Positions 36,790 to 49,461 are shown, numbered from the whole stretch's first letter. The stretch: DNA of 62,864 nucleotides, filler included, from Rhabdomonas costata (GCA_019059605.1; 51 parts of 51 records of this genome joined end to end with filler, not necessarily neighbours in it), one strand, 5' to 3'. The notes: generated by a model from the letters alone, not told the origin. Numbers and translations are program-made.

Positions 36790-39582
36790 CTGCGCAAAAT
36801 GTGAAAGATTCAAACAAGTGCATAACGGTGGGATTCCTTTGGCAGCCCATGCAAAAGTCTTGCCAGGAGCACCGCTGAACATTGCAATTCTTTCGCTGAG
36901 AAGCTGCGTCCGTGAAGGAGCCAGCAGAAGCNNNNNNNNNNNNNNNNNNNNNNNNNNNNNNNNNNNNNNNNNNNNTTAATTAATTAANNNNNNNNNNNNN
37001 NNNNNNNNNNNNNNNNNNNNNNNNNNNNNNNGGTTTGTTGGGGTGCCCCGTTCTCACATTTCTCTGCATGATTCCTCTCCCAAGACTTCCAGTTTTTTAT
37101 AGCAAAAGTGGAAAACTGGAAGTCTTGGGAGAGGAATCATGCAGAGAAATGTGAGAACGGGGCACCCCAAAAAGTTATCCCTGATTTTCCCATCTCAGAA
37201 GTGATGCGGCAGGTGTTCAACTGAGTCTACAGGGCTGCACCTCGCGATGGTGAATGATCATGCCGAAGAAAACCTTCCCTCCTCAGTAACCTCGGAACTT
37301 GTGTCTTGGCTTGTGTCTGCCTTCGGCAGTCGCAGCTGCAGTCCTTCCTCCAAAACAAAGTTGAAGCATTTTTACAAACTTGCAGCCTGCCTGCTTCATT
37401 ATATACGACGTCTTTTCAGAGTGAGAAAAGTTGTGAAAAGACCTCTCCTATGTTCAGCGTTTTGTGTGCTTGTACCAATATGTGTGTGAGGATTGCTCCA
37501 TGAAGGGCAGAGCGGGGCTGACTGCAGCGTTATCCCTTTCTCTCTTCATGGCTGCCCCTCATCTCCGCTCGCTTTGAAGGACCATCCTTGCTGTTCAGTC
37601 TTTGCAGCTTTTTCCAATGTGTGCTGCCTCACTGTACCCTATCTTCCGCACCCATTTTTCCCTTGTCTGTTTTGCTGTGAGGCTTTGCATTTGAGCCTTT
37701 TGCGGTGGCAAAGTGCTTGGGCGACTGCCGAATAGACAGCGGGCTTTGAAAAATGTTGACGGGTGTCAAATTCATTTGGCAACATGCCGCATTGCAAAAA
37801 TGGAATACTTCCACGCTAACCACCACCGCGACATCTCGGCATCTCACCACTCAGCGACCTTGGCACCGAAGTCTGGAAGGTGATGGACAACCATGTTTTC
37901 TAGTTCGTGGACAGGACAAATTTGTTTTTCCATTCCAATTCTGGTGCCTGTCCATTCTCCTTTGATATGTAATTTATGCTTCCAGATGATTATCCCATGC
38001 TTTGGCCACATGGAAACGGGGAAGGAGTGGAGATCGGGCAAGGATAACATTATAGCAATTGAAAAAAAAGGGGGGGGGGAATGTTACCATAGAAATCCCT
38101 GACCACTGCCCTTGCTTCCCTGTATGCAAGGACTCCTTTGGAAATGCTTTTGCCCCCCCAAAAACCNNNNNNNNNNNNNNNNNNNNNNNNNNNNNNNNNN
38201 NNNNNNNNNNTTAATTAATTAANNNNNNNNNNNNNNNNNNNNNNNNNNNNNNNNNNNNNNNNNNNNGGGGGTGTAGTCGGCGCTTAACGCTTGAATGCGA
38301 TAGCGTCTACTGTTTCCCCAAATACTACCTAGTCTGGTGTGACGAGAAGAACTCGTGTGTAATGACAAATGTGATGCAAAACAATGGATTTGAGTGTAAG
38401 TGTGTGGTGTTGCATCAGTGTAACAGTAGGAATTAAAAGCGTTGGATCATGTAGATTAGCCCACGTGTAGTTGTCATCATGTAAAACGTGTTATGGAATC
38501 TCATGGTTCTCAGCAGAAGCAAAAATGTCAACTTGTTGAGCAAAGGAGGAAATTTGAAAGATTGCATGGAAAATGTGTGGTGATAGCATGACACTCTATT
38601 CTGGATAAAAAGGTGGTAACTGAATTCGTTAGTTTAACCGAGAGGGCAAGGTGCTTTTGCATTTGTTTTCTGGCTGTCATGTAAAGTGGTGAGGACGCGT
38701 TAAAGACGATACCGAAGTCTGTGTGGGCAGGACGACACGAGAGAACTTGTTGAGTTGAAGCTGTGCGCTTTTGAAAGTTTTTGTGTTATTCGCCGAAAGA
38801 AAGTGTGCTTCTGGTGTGGTGTTTTATTCTATTATTTTCATGGAGGTAAAAGCGGATGCATGTCTGGTGGAGAGAAACGTGAGGTAGCACTGGTTCGTTG
38901 CATCTGACCTTACAGAGTGTACTTTCAAGCACGGAGTTCAACACAAGACATCACAAGATGCCGTTTTGGTGTCCCAACTTAACGAGCGAACGTGGAATTA
39001 ATTTTTGTAGCCCATCAAACGAATTGTGAATTGCACGAATCCTGGTCATGGTCTACTCGATCAACTCTGACGGGTGGGTACCAGACACACCGAATTCTCC
39101 GCCGCGCCGCGGGCCCATGGCTGCGCTGCACGGCGAATCCGATCAGTTCTCTGTAGAAATCAAGGAGAAATTTAGTCATGTGTGGAGAGCGACAGTGAAG
39201 CAAGCCGAGGTGGCAGCGCTAATTTCAGCCGCCCAGGAGTTTCTGGAGTCTCCTCATGTTGGATAATGCACTCAGCAAAGTTTAATGAGTGAAATGTCAG
39301 TACAAAAGCCGAATGTTTTTATCAAGAGAAGACATGGTTATGTTAGGATAAATCTAGTGGGACTCTTTGCCGAATAGTTGTGCTAGGAGTCCCAAAAAAA
39401 CNNNNNNNNNNNNNNNNNNNNNNNNNNNNNNNNNNNNNNNNNNNNTTAATTAATTAANNNNNNNNNNNNNNNNNNNNNNNNNNNNNNNNNNNNNNNNNNN
39501 NACGCTGGACCACAAATGCATTTTGAGGTCGGCAACAGCGTTTTCCTCTTTTTAGGCCCCCCTCTCCTCTCGCTCCCCGCAG

Positions 39583-39961
39583 GCCCACCTCTTGGATCTT
39601 CTGGTGGACGTGGACTGTGGATTTGAGGCCTTACTGGTCGCTTCCAAGACCGAAGGTGATGCTTTGCGTTTCGTGTCCGTTGGTTGGACTGATTTCGTAC
39701 GGGCAAACGCTCCGGATCGTTCGATGAAAATGGCAGCGAGGCGTTGCGATGGTTCCAACGGAGAGGTTTTTTGTGGCCAACCAACAAAGACTTTCGCGGG
39801 CGAAAGCGCCGCACAGTATTCTGCTGTTTTCTCTGTGGGTAGACCAGCGGAGGATGTTCGTTCTGTGCAAGCGCGTCGACGGAGGGCTGGCAAAGATGGC
39901 CGATGTGCTTCGTGAACTCATCTGCAAGGAGGGCATCAACCTCAATGCGGCGTTCTGCAAG
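39583..39961 (+). CDS. Cullin (CUL1-like), two exons (39583-39655, 39843-39961)
   Basis: Spliced AHLLDLLVDVDCGFEALLVASKTEDQRRMFVLCKRVDGGLAKMADVLRELICKEG matches cullin H...Ll....G...LL..dK.eDl.rMy.L..Rv..GL..EG; phase-1 GT-AG intron. Confidence 0.8.
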
Positions 39962-40363
39962 GTTGCCGTGCCTCCGTCCAGCCCTCTGCTTCACTTCAGT
40001 CTGTGTGCTACGGGGCGTGTCCGCTGCGTGCTTGGATAGCACCAGCCCACGTGGTTCCCGAGATCAGCAATGCTTTCGAGTATTTATGTGGCGTGGTGTT
40101 TATGGAAACTTTCGGTTTTGGCTGTTTCCGACCCCAAGTTCACTGAACACCCGAGCGACAATCCGTGAATCCGTGTGTGCGTTTACCCTTTTTAATTCGA
40201 AACTTTGCGAGCTTGCTTTGCTAGCGTTTCTGCTTCAGGTTCTGGTGTGCACCAAAACAAAGGCACACGGTCCCTGATGGTCATACAACGTCATCGCTGT
40301 GGAATTTGAAGAGCACACACACACACACAAGAAGAAAGCAGATACCGGTGCTGCCCGTTCACC

Positions 40364-40637
40364 CATCCGAAAAAAAAGCCCCAAGGGCCGTTCCCGGGAG
40401 AAAAGACCCCACCCCCCCAAGGAAGGAGTGTGGAATCGCAGAGACCTGAGCCGCAATGGAGCAATGCAGGTAGCCGGTGGAAAAGAGCAGCTGCGCGACA
40501 ATGGCCCGGGTCCCGTGGGGCAGAAGGGAGGTTACCAGATGTGGAACGTTCGGTGGTGAGCCGTTTTCGGTTCCCCACGGCACCGTTCGCTCCAACGGCA
40601 CCTCTCGCGAGCACCCGTGGCCAACAGCGCGTGCGCC
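40364..40637. repeat. Dispersed repeat family A copy, with (CA)n upstream at ~40313-40329
   Basis: Near-identical to 56398-56672; runs off the contig end. Confidence 0.95.
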
Positions 40638-41973
40638 ANNNNNNNNNNNNNNNNNNNNNNNNNNNNNNNNNNNNNNNNNNNNTTAATTAATTAANNNNNN
40701 NNNNNNNNNNNNNNNNNNNNNNNNNNNNNNNNNNNNNNGGTGTTGGGTAAGTCACACTATTGCTCCTCCAGTTAAACTGATAGGGGGTTCTGACGCTTCC
40801 CCTTGGCAGAGCCCTCCGCGGAGTTTCGTTTTTGCACATTCGGGCGTCTTGGCAGAGGATGTGGCAGGATGCCTTGGGTGGCGCAAGCTCCCAACTTCTT
40901 TTTTGACGCTTTCTTTTTCAACGGTTTTGCGGTGAAGTCATGACGTGTCTGTGTGGGTGTGCCTATATGTGCCTCCTGGTGGGTCATGCAGGTCAACGCT
41001 GTTGAACGCAAACCCGAGCAAGTTGCTCTTTAGAGTGTCCCCGTTAAAATGTACCAAAAGGCTTTCTTGGTTGTTGGTTATGACTCTATGACGGGCGAAA
41101 GTTCCACACTGGTTGGGAATACGATTGGTGTGAGTAGCAGTGCCATGGGAATTTCGCTGGTGGAGGTACGGCAGGCAAGGCAAGCGTCAGATCTAAGAGG
41201 ACCCTGCAAAAAAGGCCAATACGTGGGTTGAGCACCGGAAAGGCGGCAATTTTGTTTTATTAGACTTAGTCAGATCGCTGAGCGCAGAGACATAACCTCA
41301 CTACTGCGAGAGTATTTCTACTGAGTTAATTGCATTGTACCGCAACACCCGCGATCACCTCACCCGTCAGCCGCCAAAGAACCAGGTGCAAGCCATGTAG
41401 AAGAACCGCTCATTGAGGGAGACATACCATACCAAGGGAGACAAAGCGCGAAGATCGGCATCAGATGAAGCCCACGGCATCACGCCGCCTTGCTCACGTG
41501 GCAGATCATTGATGCAACCTAGCCCGGACGAATGCACCAGATCAGCGCTGACACCAACACCTGAAAGAACTATGGAAGGCCAGCAAAAGTTGAATCGCAC
41601 GCAAGGTCAGCAATGGGAACTTCGGAGAGAGCAGGTGGGATGTGAAGACCGAAACCTGAAAGCCCATCAACACCACAGCACCACCTAAGCCATCACCAGC
41701 ACCACAGCCCGGAGAGTCCACCGTCACACCAATTACACCTCGCCCAAAGCATAGAGATATAGCCAGCCCCGACAACAAGCACCGAAGACCAATACACACT
41801 CACCACCGGATACCAACCACACCTTCAAGCCGACCCCAACACCTCCACCAACTGACCATGTCCACCCCAACAANNNNNNNNNNNNNNNNNNNNNNNNNNN
41901 NNNNNNNNNNNNNNNNNTTAATTAATTAANNNNNNNNNNNNNNNNNNNNNNNNNNNNNNNNNNNNNNNNNNNN

Positions 41974-43108
41974 AGTCTAGCCTGGCTGTACTTGTACCTG
42001 TATGTCAAAAAGACAAAACATAAGAAATGAAAGACAATCCAAGGAGTTTCTGCCCCCAAAATCCGCGACAGGAGTTTGGGTACTGCTGGTGGGGACCCGC
42101 TCTCAACCCAGAGCAAAGATTCGGCTATAGTTTAGAGAATGCGAAAATTAAACGCGAAAACACATCGCGAGATGCATGCAAACAGCCGAAGAAGCACTGG
42201 AGTTGGAACACTCGGAATTGGCGAGCAAGCACGGAGATGAGAAAATGAATGAACAAGGAGTGTGCGAGTACATAGGAGGAACAACCAAGATGCAGCAATA
42301 AACAAACAACTGAACAATTTTTATTTGAAAAATTCCGTCCTACAGAAAGGTTTGAGCACAACGAAGTCCACAGCATCACAGCAGGGCAGCCGAGGGGATG
42401 CGATATTCGTTGTTCGCTTCGGTCACACTACGGGCGAGCGAGAGGAACCGTAACGTGACCTGCGCGGGGGTGAAGGAAGGGTTACACATGGCCGCAAACT
42501 ACAGTTTCCTTCACTTGGGTGGAGGTGGGGAACGGGGTGTACGCGTATCTAGGGCAGACTCAGATAAACAGGCTGACGGCCCGACAGCACACCGGTCCTT
42601 ACCACAGAATGCGGCGTCGAACCCATTGGCTGGCCGTGCCATTGTTTTGGAAGGCACCACGACATCCCTTGTTCCACTCAAAGTCCTTGAGTTTCTTCGA
42701 GCTTTCCCGTTTTCGTTTGCGGGAAACATGCTCCGTCCGCGAGGATCGGGACATTCCCAGGTACACGCTGGACCGTTCACACACAGCAGCCTCCAGGATG
42801 CCCAACTCTTCTCGGCCCAGGCCCCGCACTTGGGCCCCCAGAACATCCGTTCGATTCACCAGCGTGAACTGAGTTATAGAACGCCATAAGCGGAACTCAG
42901 GAAATTGAAAAACGCTGTCGCCCACCGAAACCCATATCGGCAGGCTGAGGTTTCCAAATCGCTGCCTCAAGCACGTGCCACAGTCTAGCCTGGCTGTACT
43001 TGTACCTGTATGTCAAAAAGACAAAACATAAGAAATGAAAGACAATCCAAGGAGTTTCTGCCCCCAAAATCCGCGACAGGAGTTTGAGTACTGCTGGTGG
43101 GGACCCGC
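41974..43108. repeat. Contig with 127-bp terminal direct repeat, implying a 1008-bp circular or tandem unit
   Basis: 41974-42100 equals 42982-43108 except one base (42079 G vs 43087 A). Confidence 0.92.
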
Positions 43109-43272
43109 NNNNNNNNNNNNNNNNNNNNNNNNNNNNNNNNNNNNNNNNNNNNTTAATTAATTAANNNNNNNNNNNNNNNNNNNNNNNNNNNNNNNNNNNN
43201 NNNNNNNNGTTGTGTTGTTGCGTCCGCCTGCTCTTGGAAGATCTTTCTCAAGGTGGGTTGCTCTGCCACCAG

Positions 43273-44334
43273 GGGGATCGTGTTTGTCGAGCGTGTGCTG
43301 CTAACGTATCCCCTGGCCGAACTGATTAACAAAGAGTTTGCCCGGGAAAAGGTCACTGCGCTCCCTGCGAGTGGCGGGGGCAGCATGAAGGACTCCGTCC
43401 GGCTGAGCCACCTGGATAAGTTCAACAAAGGGTGCGCGTGTGAGTGGGGAGGGACCTTTCTCAGCAACCATCTTAAGTCTCGCGAATGCTCTAGACTCGG
43501 GTCAGTCTTCAGGCAACTTATGTCCCCAAGCTGAGGCTCCTGCTGGCCCCCATGTTCCACAGGGGAAGATCTGGTTGTGATGGGGCCTAACGTTTAATCG
43601 AGGGCAGCGTGTTAAACCGTACCATTTATTCGATTTCGTTGTCTGACAGCATCCGTACCATCCAATGGGGGAGGGGGAGGGGAGTATAATGTCAACTTGT
43701 CGTTGGTGACGTCAACTAATTGTCAGGATTCTGGTTTGATGCAACAATTGTGCATCTAGATACAACCGGGTGTTAACGTTTTCGGTTTTCCAGAACTCAG
43801 ATGCCCTTCTGCTGTGACTGTTTACGTCATAAAGGGTGCTGCGATGAATTTTCGTGCCATACTCACCATGAAGCTTTGTCCACACGTCCAGCGTTCTCGT
43901 TCGTCTGCGGGTAGTTTTAATTTTACGGTATGTTTGGTTCTGCGAGTTGTGTATACCCTTGTCTTCATCGCCATGCATATTCCATATTCAGACAGACTTA
44001 CCATCTGAGGAGTGGGGGTGGCAGCATCCTCTCCATCTGTTGGAGTTTTGCGCTGTTATTTTGTCAACAATCAACAATCGTTTTCCTTTCCAGCCCAAAG
44101 AAGACATTTTCTTTGCGCAAACATACAGTTCGCTCTGGCCTCTCGTTCCCTTTCCTGCTCCATTTGCATGAAACCTGGTTCTCGAACTCTGGAGCCACTT
44201 TCTATGTTAGGGGACGACTTCTGCGCACGCTGTGCTCCAGGGAGGTGCAGCTTCTTGTCTCCACCAACGCCCTGGAGGAGGGCATCGACATCCGTGCCTG
44301 CAGCTTTATCATCCGCTACGACAAGTTTAACACC
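43273..44334 (+). CDS. Dicer/RIG-I/FANCM-like SF2 helicase C-terminal domain, two exons (~43273-43431, 44241-44334)
   Basis: RGIVFVER (motif IV) and LDKFNKG|EVQLLVSTNALEEGIDIRACSFIIRYD (motif V); phase-2 GT-AG intron joins in frame. Confidence 0.87.
43441..43654 (+). repeat. Dispersed repeat family B, copy 2, at the 5' end of the helicase intron
   Basis: Colinear similarity with 892-1104. Confidence 0.85.
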
Positions 44335-44443
44335 ACACCCCCCNNNNNNNNNNNNNNNNNNNNNNNNNNNNNNNNNNNNNNNNNNNNTTAATTAATTAAN
44401 NNNNNNNNNNNNNNNNNNNNNNNNNNNNNNNNNNNNNNNNNNN

Positions 44444-45577
44444 GGTGGAAGCCGCAATGCGATCGTCTTTCCCGTGAAGAGCTTCACGAAGAATTGAATA
44501 CTCGCTGGTGTGGGTTCCACCGTGCAGAGGGCTGCCAAGGGAAGACCATGGGGACTGTCGATTGCAGCATGCCGAGCGAGTTGGTAGGCTGCCCGGAGAA
44601 CAATCGCGCAGGAAAGTGTGCTCCAGATAGAGCGAGACACCTCTTCCCGGGTCAGTGGAGCGAACGAGGACGCCTGGCGCGATATTACCGCTGAAATAAA
44701 GTTCCTGGCGTCGCACCGGAGAGCGCCGAAGGTATCGGCCACAAAGGGAAGGTATCCCCATCCCGCCGATTGGCAGAGGTCGCGGGAAAGGCGGACTTTC
44801 CGTAGCGCCGCGGAGTCCACCAGGAGTTGGTCTGGGGGCAGTTTATTCGAGGGGCAGACTGGTGTGACAATCGTGACGTCAATGGCCAGAGGGCGGCCTT
44901 TGTAATTGCCCACAAGTATGTCCGCTGGTACCCGGTCTGTCACCCCCGGCGGTGATTGCTCTGTCTTGACTGCAAAGCCAGCTTTGAGGAGGATCTGGAC
45001 CAGGGCTTCCTTGAGCGCCGTGTGACTCCGTCCAATGGTTCCAGTTTTCTGGCAGCATACTGCGTGGATTCCACGAGCGTCTGCGGTTCGTCCAAAGTCT
45101 GGACAACGGTACGGCGCCGCACGTAGCGGAATGCCCAGTACCCAGCGAACTGCTGCACGGAACTCGTTGGGGGTGAGCTGCGAGATCATCGGGGAGTGGG
45201 CAATCCAAGAGGTGGAGTGGGCGACACAGAGTGACTCAAGGCGCTGCTTGTCGACCAACTGCGCGCGCTGAAGAAGAGATCGCTGGGCTAGATGATGTAG
45301 CGGCTCCGTCAGTGTGGCTTGAAGGTGCTTGTCCGGAAAGAGGTCGGGAATGATGGCGGTGTCAAGTCGTGTCAGATAGGCTGTCAGCGCCTTACGTAGC
45401 TCCTCCTCCTGCGCTGCGGCTGGGACTCCCACTTCTATGGCCTGTTCGGCCGTGTTGACCGTGGTTGCGAGGCGTGCTGCTGGGCCGACAGTTGTGGGGT
45501 CACGGAGCCCTAGGCCCCCGCGACGAAGAGGGAGAGTTGCATGTTGCCACGTTGCGTCGTCCACGGAGGGAAGCTGC
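44444..45577 (-). mobile_element. CRE/SLACS-clade non-LTR retrotransposon ORF C-terminal part (post-RT region, Zn knuckle, REL endonuclease) continuing into a ubiquitin-like sequence
   Basis: ATLPLRRGGLGLR; FRAAVRWVLG; CPDFGRTADARGIHAVCC; PADIL...LAIDVTIV...K; YLPFVADTFGAL; ends IQFFVKLFTGKTIALRLP. Confidence 0.9.
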
Positions 45578-45678
45578 ANNNNNNNNNNNNNNNNNNNNNN
45601 NNNNNNNNNNNNNNNNNNNNNNTTAATTAATTAANNNNNNNNNNNNNNNNNNNNNNNNNNNNNNNNNNNNNNNNNNNN

Positions 45679-46813
45679 ATGTCCCCACCAGCTTCACGGC
45701 ATCCACTTCAATGTAGATTTGGGAAACGCTGCAGTCAAACTCAAGCCGAAGGATGTCCACGGGAAAGGGTGTGGCACAAATGGGAATCGATCGGGCTATG
45801 GGAGCGATGGGGTCCACCGGGAGCGTAGCACCCATCCAAAGCGTGAGCCACTGTCCGGGGGTGTAGGGGTTGGGCGTGCGCACCCGCACCAGCGAGCGAG
45901 GACCATCCGTCTGATGCGAAAAAGACAGAAAAGGGTTGTAGGAAACAAAAAACATATAAAAGAGGGAGAAAGAAGTCTGCCCGTAGAAGGGACACGATAT
46001 CATTTGAAAATACCTCAAAAATGATCAGATCTGTGGGATACAGCCGCGCGCCAAACTTCACAGTGATGAACTCCGTGTAGCAGAACTGGGCCTCAATGCA
46101 AGAGTAGTTGTTGCTCCACGTGCTCCATGCCCCTGCATCATCACCGTACGTGAAGACATTCTGAGGCCCAAGAATGCTCGATGCGGGCTCGTTTGGGTAC
46201 TCGCTACTGAAATCCAGCACCTCAGACGCCCACAGCCCGGTGGTGTTCGTGGCAGGTACCAGGGAAACCACCGGCTGGCCATTATGATACAACGTGCCCT
46301 TCGTAGGAAGGCTATTGAGCAGGACAGTAGTGACATCCTGTGGAAGCAGAGAAACAATCTGGAAAACGGCCACAGGGTTTCTGTCAGTCACAGACTACAG
46401 GGACACATACTGAGCAGAAATGAAAGGCGTACCGTCACTCCTATATGTGCTGGAAAAGCCATCAAACAAAATAATTCGTTCAAAACGCCCGGTCCTATAG
46501 GGCCCGGTCCTGCCTTCTGCGCAAGGGCACCCACTAGCACAAACCATGGGCGATGGAACCCTCCGCCCGCTCCTTCGTAGTCAAGCACACAATGCACAAA
46601 AAAAAAGACGCACCCCTTGAGGATCACTGGCGTTGACCGAGATGTTTACACCCGCCGAGTCCTCCAGCAGCGTCGCGTTTGCTGTACTTCTTAGGAAAGG
46701 CAGGGTGTTTGCATATGTAACGTCTATGGTAGCGGTGCCAATGGCCGCAGGATAGCTGATGTTGGCCTGGTAAACAGCTCGCTCCAGCACACCGTACTGA
46801 AAGGAGGCGTAAT
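45679..46813 (-). CDS. Extracellular protein with cadherin/Ig-like repeat and pappalysin/FBXL4-like beta-sandwich domain, three exons (46614-46813, 46014-46337, 45679-45910)
   Basis: N..P...TLLED...NASDPQGD...SLPTKGTLY; WASEVLDFSSEY...ILGPQNVFTYGDDAGAW; LRLEFD...EVDAVKLVG; two in-frame phase-0 GT-AG introns. Confidence 0.75.
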
Positions 46814-48357
46814 NNNNNNNNNNNNNNNNNNNNNNNNNNNNNNNNNNNNNNNNNNNNTTAATTAATTAANNNNNNNNNNNNNNNNNNNNNNNNNNNNNNN
46901 NNNNNNNNNNNNNGGTTTGGAATGGGTGGTCGACGAAGGTTTTCAAAACTAGGAGATGAAAACTTACCGTTCTCCTGGACTGCGTCGATCAGAGGGTTGA
47001 GCATAAAAGATGGATATTTCAGAGTGATGCAAGCTTTTCAAGATTTGTCGTGACTTCCTTGATTTTGGTTAATTTGGGTGCTTGGGAGTGTTTAGATTGA
47101 GCGTGCTTTGCCCGCCACGCCTTCCCTGCATTTTTACAAGGCGGGGCCTTCACGGGCATCAACCTCTCGTCAGTACAGACGTTTTGCTAGCGTCTGCAGC
47201 GGTCCGAGTTCAGTACAGTGCAAAGCAAAAGTCCTCCATGGACCAAAAACACAATCGTGTTTTATTTTGAGAGGAAGGGATCAGGGTAGCCGCAGCAGAC
47301 AATCGTTCATTGAGCAATGGTCACCACACGACAGAAAAATCGTGAGGCGCAAGTAAATAGGAAAGAGGCAGGAAGGGAAAGGTAGGTGTTGCGATTTTCG
47401 AAACAAGAAATGCATGGTGGGAGTGGGGACGAGGGCACTGTACTGCGGACATACAGGAGCACCACTTTGAACATGGTAAAAGCAAAAGTTATGAAAACAG
47501 AGTAAACGGGAAGAGGAGAGGCCTGCCAGACGACGATATCACGGGTCCAAACGCAATTTTCGAAAACAAAAAAAACCGAAATGCAACACAATCGCAGCCT
47601 GGCAATGTCAAGGAAGCAGATCCAGGGTGGAGTTAAAGGGCACAGTTGAAATTTGGGACACCGCCTCGAAGGAAGAACTATTTCACACAGGATTTTGCGT
47701 AGCGTACAACAAATGAGCAAGGTAAAAAAAAACAGGGGGATAATTTGTGTTAATGCTAAAAACTGCTTCCAAGCTCTTGTGTACGACGCGGAGGGGCGTC
47801 TTCTGAAAGTTTTTGACTTTCCACCATCTCAATAGCGCGTGCTCAGCAATCACATTGGTGAAATGAGGGAAAATTCATCAGCGCGATCACATTTTCAAAT
47901 GTGTGGCGGTAGTCGATAGCGATTCAAAATTTTCGATGGGGCTCCCTTTCGTCTTTGGAAGACACTGGCGAACGCTTCCACCAGGGAGTGAAGACGAACG
48001 GACATTTTTTCTCTGTTCCAAACTGTTCCAAACTATTCACCCCCAACCNNNNNNNNNNNNNNNNNNNNNNNNNNNNNNNNNNNNNNNNNNNNTTAATTAA
48101 TTAANNNNNNNNNNNNNNNNNNNNNNNNNNNNNNNNNNNNNNNNNNNNTCAAGGAAGCACAGGAGTGAGCAGAACGACATGAATGCACGCACAAAATCGA
48201 AATTGAATGGAGTGTGGCAACGAGCGCACGAATGCTCACTCATGCCCTTCTGACATCCAACCCCCGGGCGTATCCCTCTCAGAGAATGGTTTCAGGACGA
48301 CGCGCACCCCACTACTGTGGAAGACGCGGGCCCCCCGATCACACAGAGAAAACAAAC

Positions 48358-49284
48358 CCTTGCCGGCCTTCTTGGCGTCGTTGGCAAGACGGGTTCGGGC
48401 GTAGTCCAGGGAGTACACGAACACCAGCGAGCTCGCGCCGGCCAGCCCTCCGCTGATCATGTTCCCGCAGAACCACTTGAAGTAGCCGTCCTTGTCCTTC
48501 TTCCACGGGAACATCGTCTTGAAGGTGTCACGGAAGGCGAAGTTCAACGCCTGGGTGGGGAAGTATCTGCGGGGCGGAGGGGATGGCCGGTGGGTGCGGG
48601 TGGTACGGTTCGCGTTTACATACATACATGCCAAACCTGGAGCGCACATCCGAGTTACTAAAAGTCCGCAACCGCACAGTCGAACACAGTTCTGACAGCC
48701 TTTCCTGAGAGATGGCAGCATTGCTTTTTCTTTTTTTGGTTTTCCATAGGCTGGTCTACACATCCCAACGCTGTGCCTTTTTACTAGCTCATCACCATCA
48801 GTGCTAGACTTCGGCAGTCATGCATCATCACAGAAACCCAAACCCTCACATAAGCTCAGGCAACCCACCCACGCAGTAGAAAGCTGAAACGTCTCTGCAA
48901 CTTCCCCATACCCACCACCCACAACCGCAAGACGCAACCCCTCCATGCGCACACTTCATATCAATGAAGTTGGGTAATTTACTCCGGATCGCCCCGTACT
49001 AGCACATCGTCATAAGAGGCTGCCCATGAAGTTCATTCGCATACACATAGACACAATACAAACCGGATGACGTTGGCCCAGTTGCCTCTCCAGAAGCTCT
49101 GGAAGCCCTCCTCGACGTACACCCGGCGGAAGCAGTCGGTCATCCCGCTGTAGGGCTTGGCCAGGCGCCCGGCCTTGATCATCTCGTCCTGGTTCTGCAC
49201 CATCAGCTTCACCCGCTCAATGGGCGCGGACACCGTCTTGCTGATCCCAGCGGCCACCCCTCCGATCATGAACTCCCCCCACCA
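48358..49284 (-). CDS. AAC: Mitochondrial ADP/ATP carrier, two exons (49064-49284, 48358-48566), partial
   Basis: [20 protein letters not shown]...[24 protein letters not shown]...[18 protein letters not shown] intron splits an Arg codon. Confidence 0.98.
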
Positions 49285-49461
49285 NNNNNNNNNNNNNNNN
49301 NNNNNNNNNNNNNNNNNNNNNNNNNNNNTTAATTAATTAANNNNNNNNNNNNNNNNNNNNNNNNNNNNNNNNNNNNNNNNNNNNTTGGTGTTGTTTATAG
49401 TGGTTGCGGTTTTGCGATTGAATCATCGTCGTGCTTGTGTGTATCTTTGCTTGCTTTCCAG

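Noticed and set aside
37038-37170. Perfect 59-bp fold-back
   Set aside because: Contig-terminal with no mismatches; probable amplification artefact.
42418-42460. CGAGAGGAACCG (sarcin-ricin-loop-like) and a weak 5S-like start
   Set aside because: Lacks the AGTA part of the loop and has no flanking rRNA similarity.
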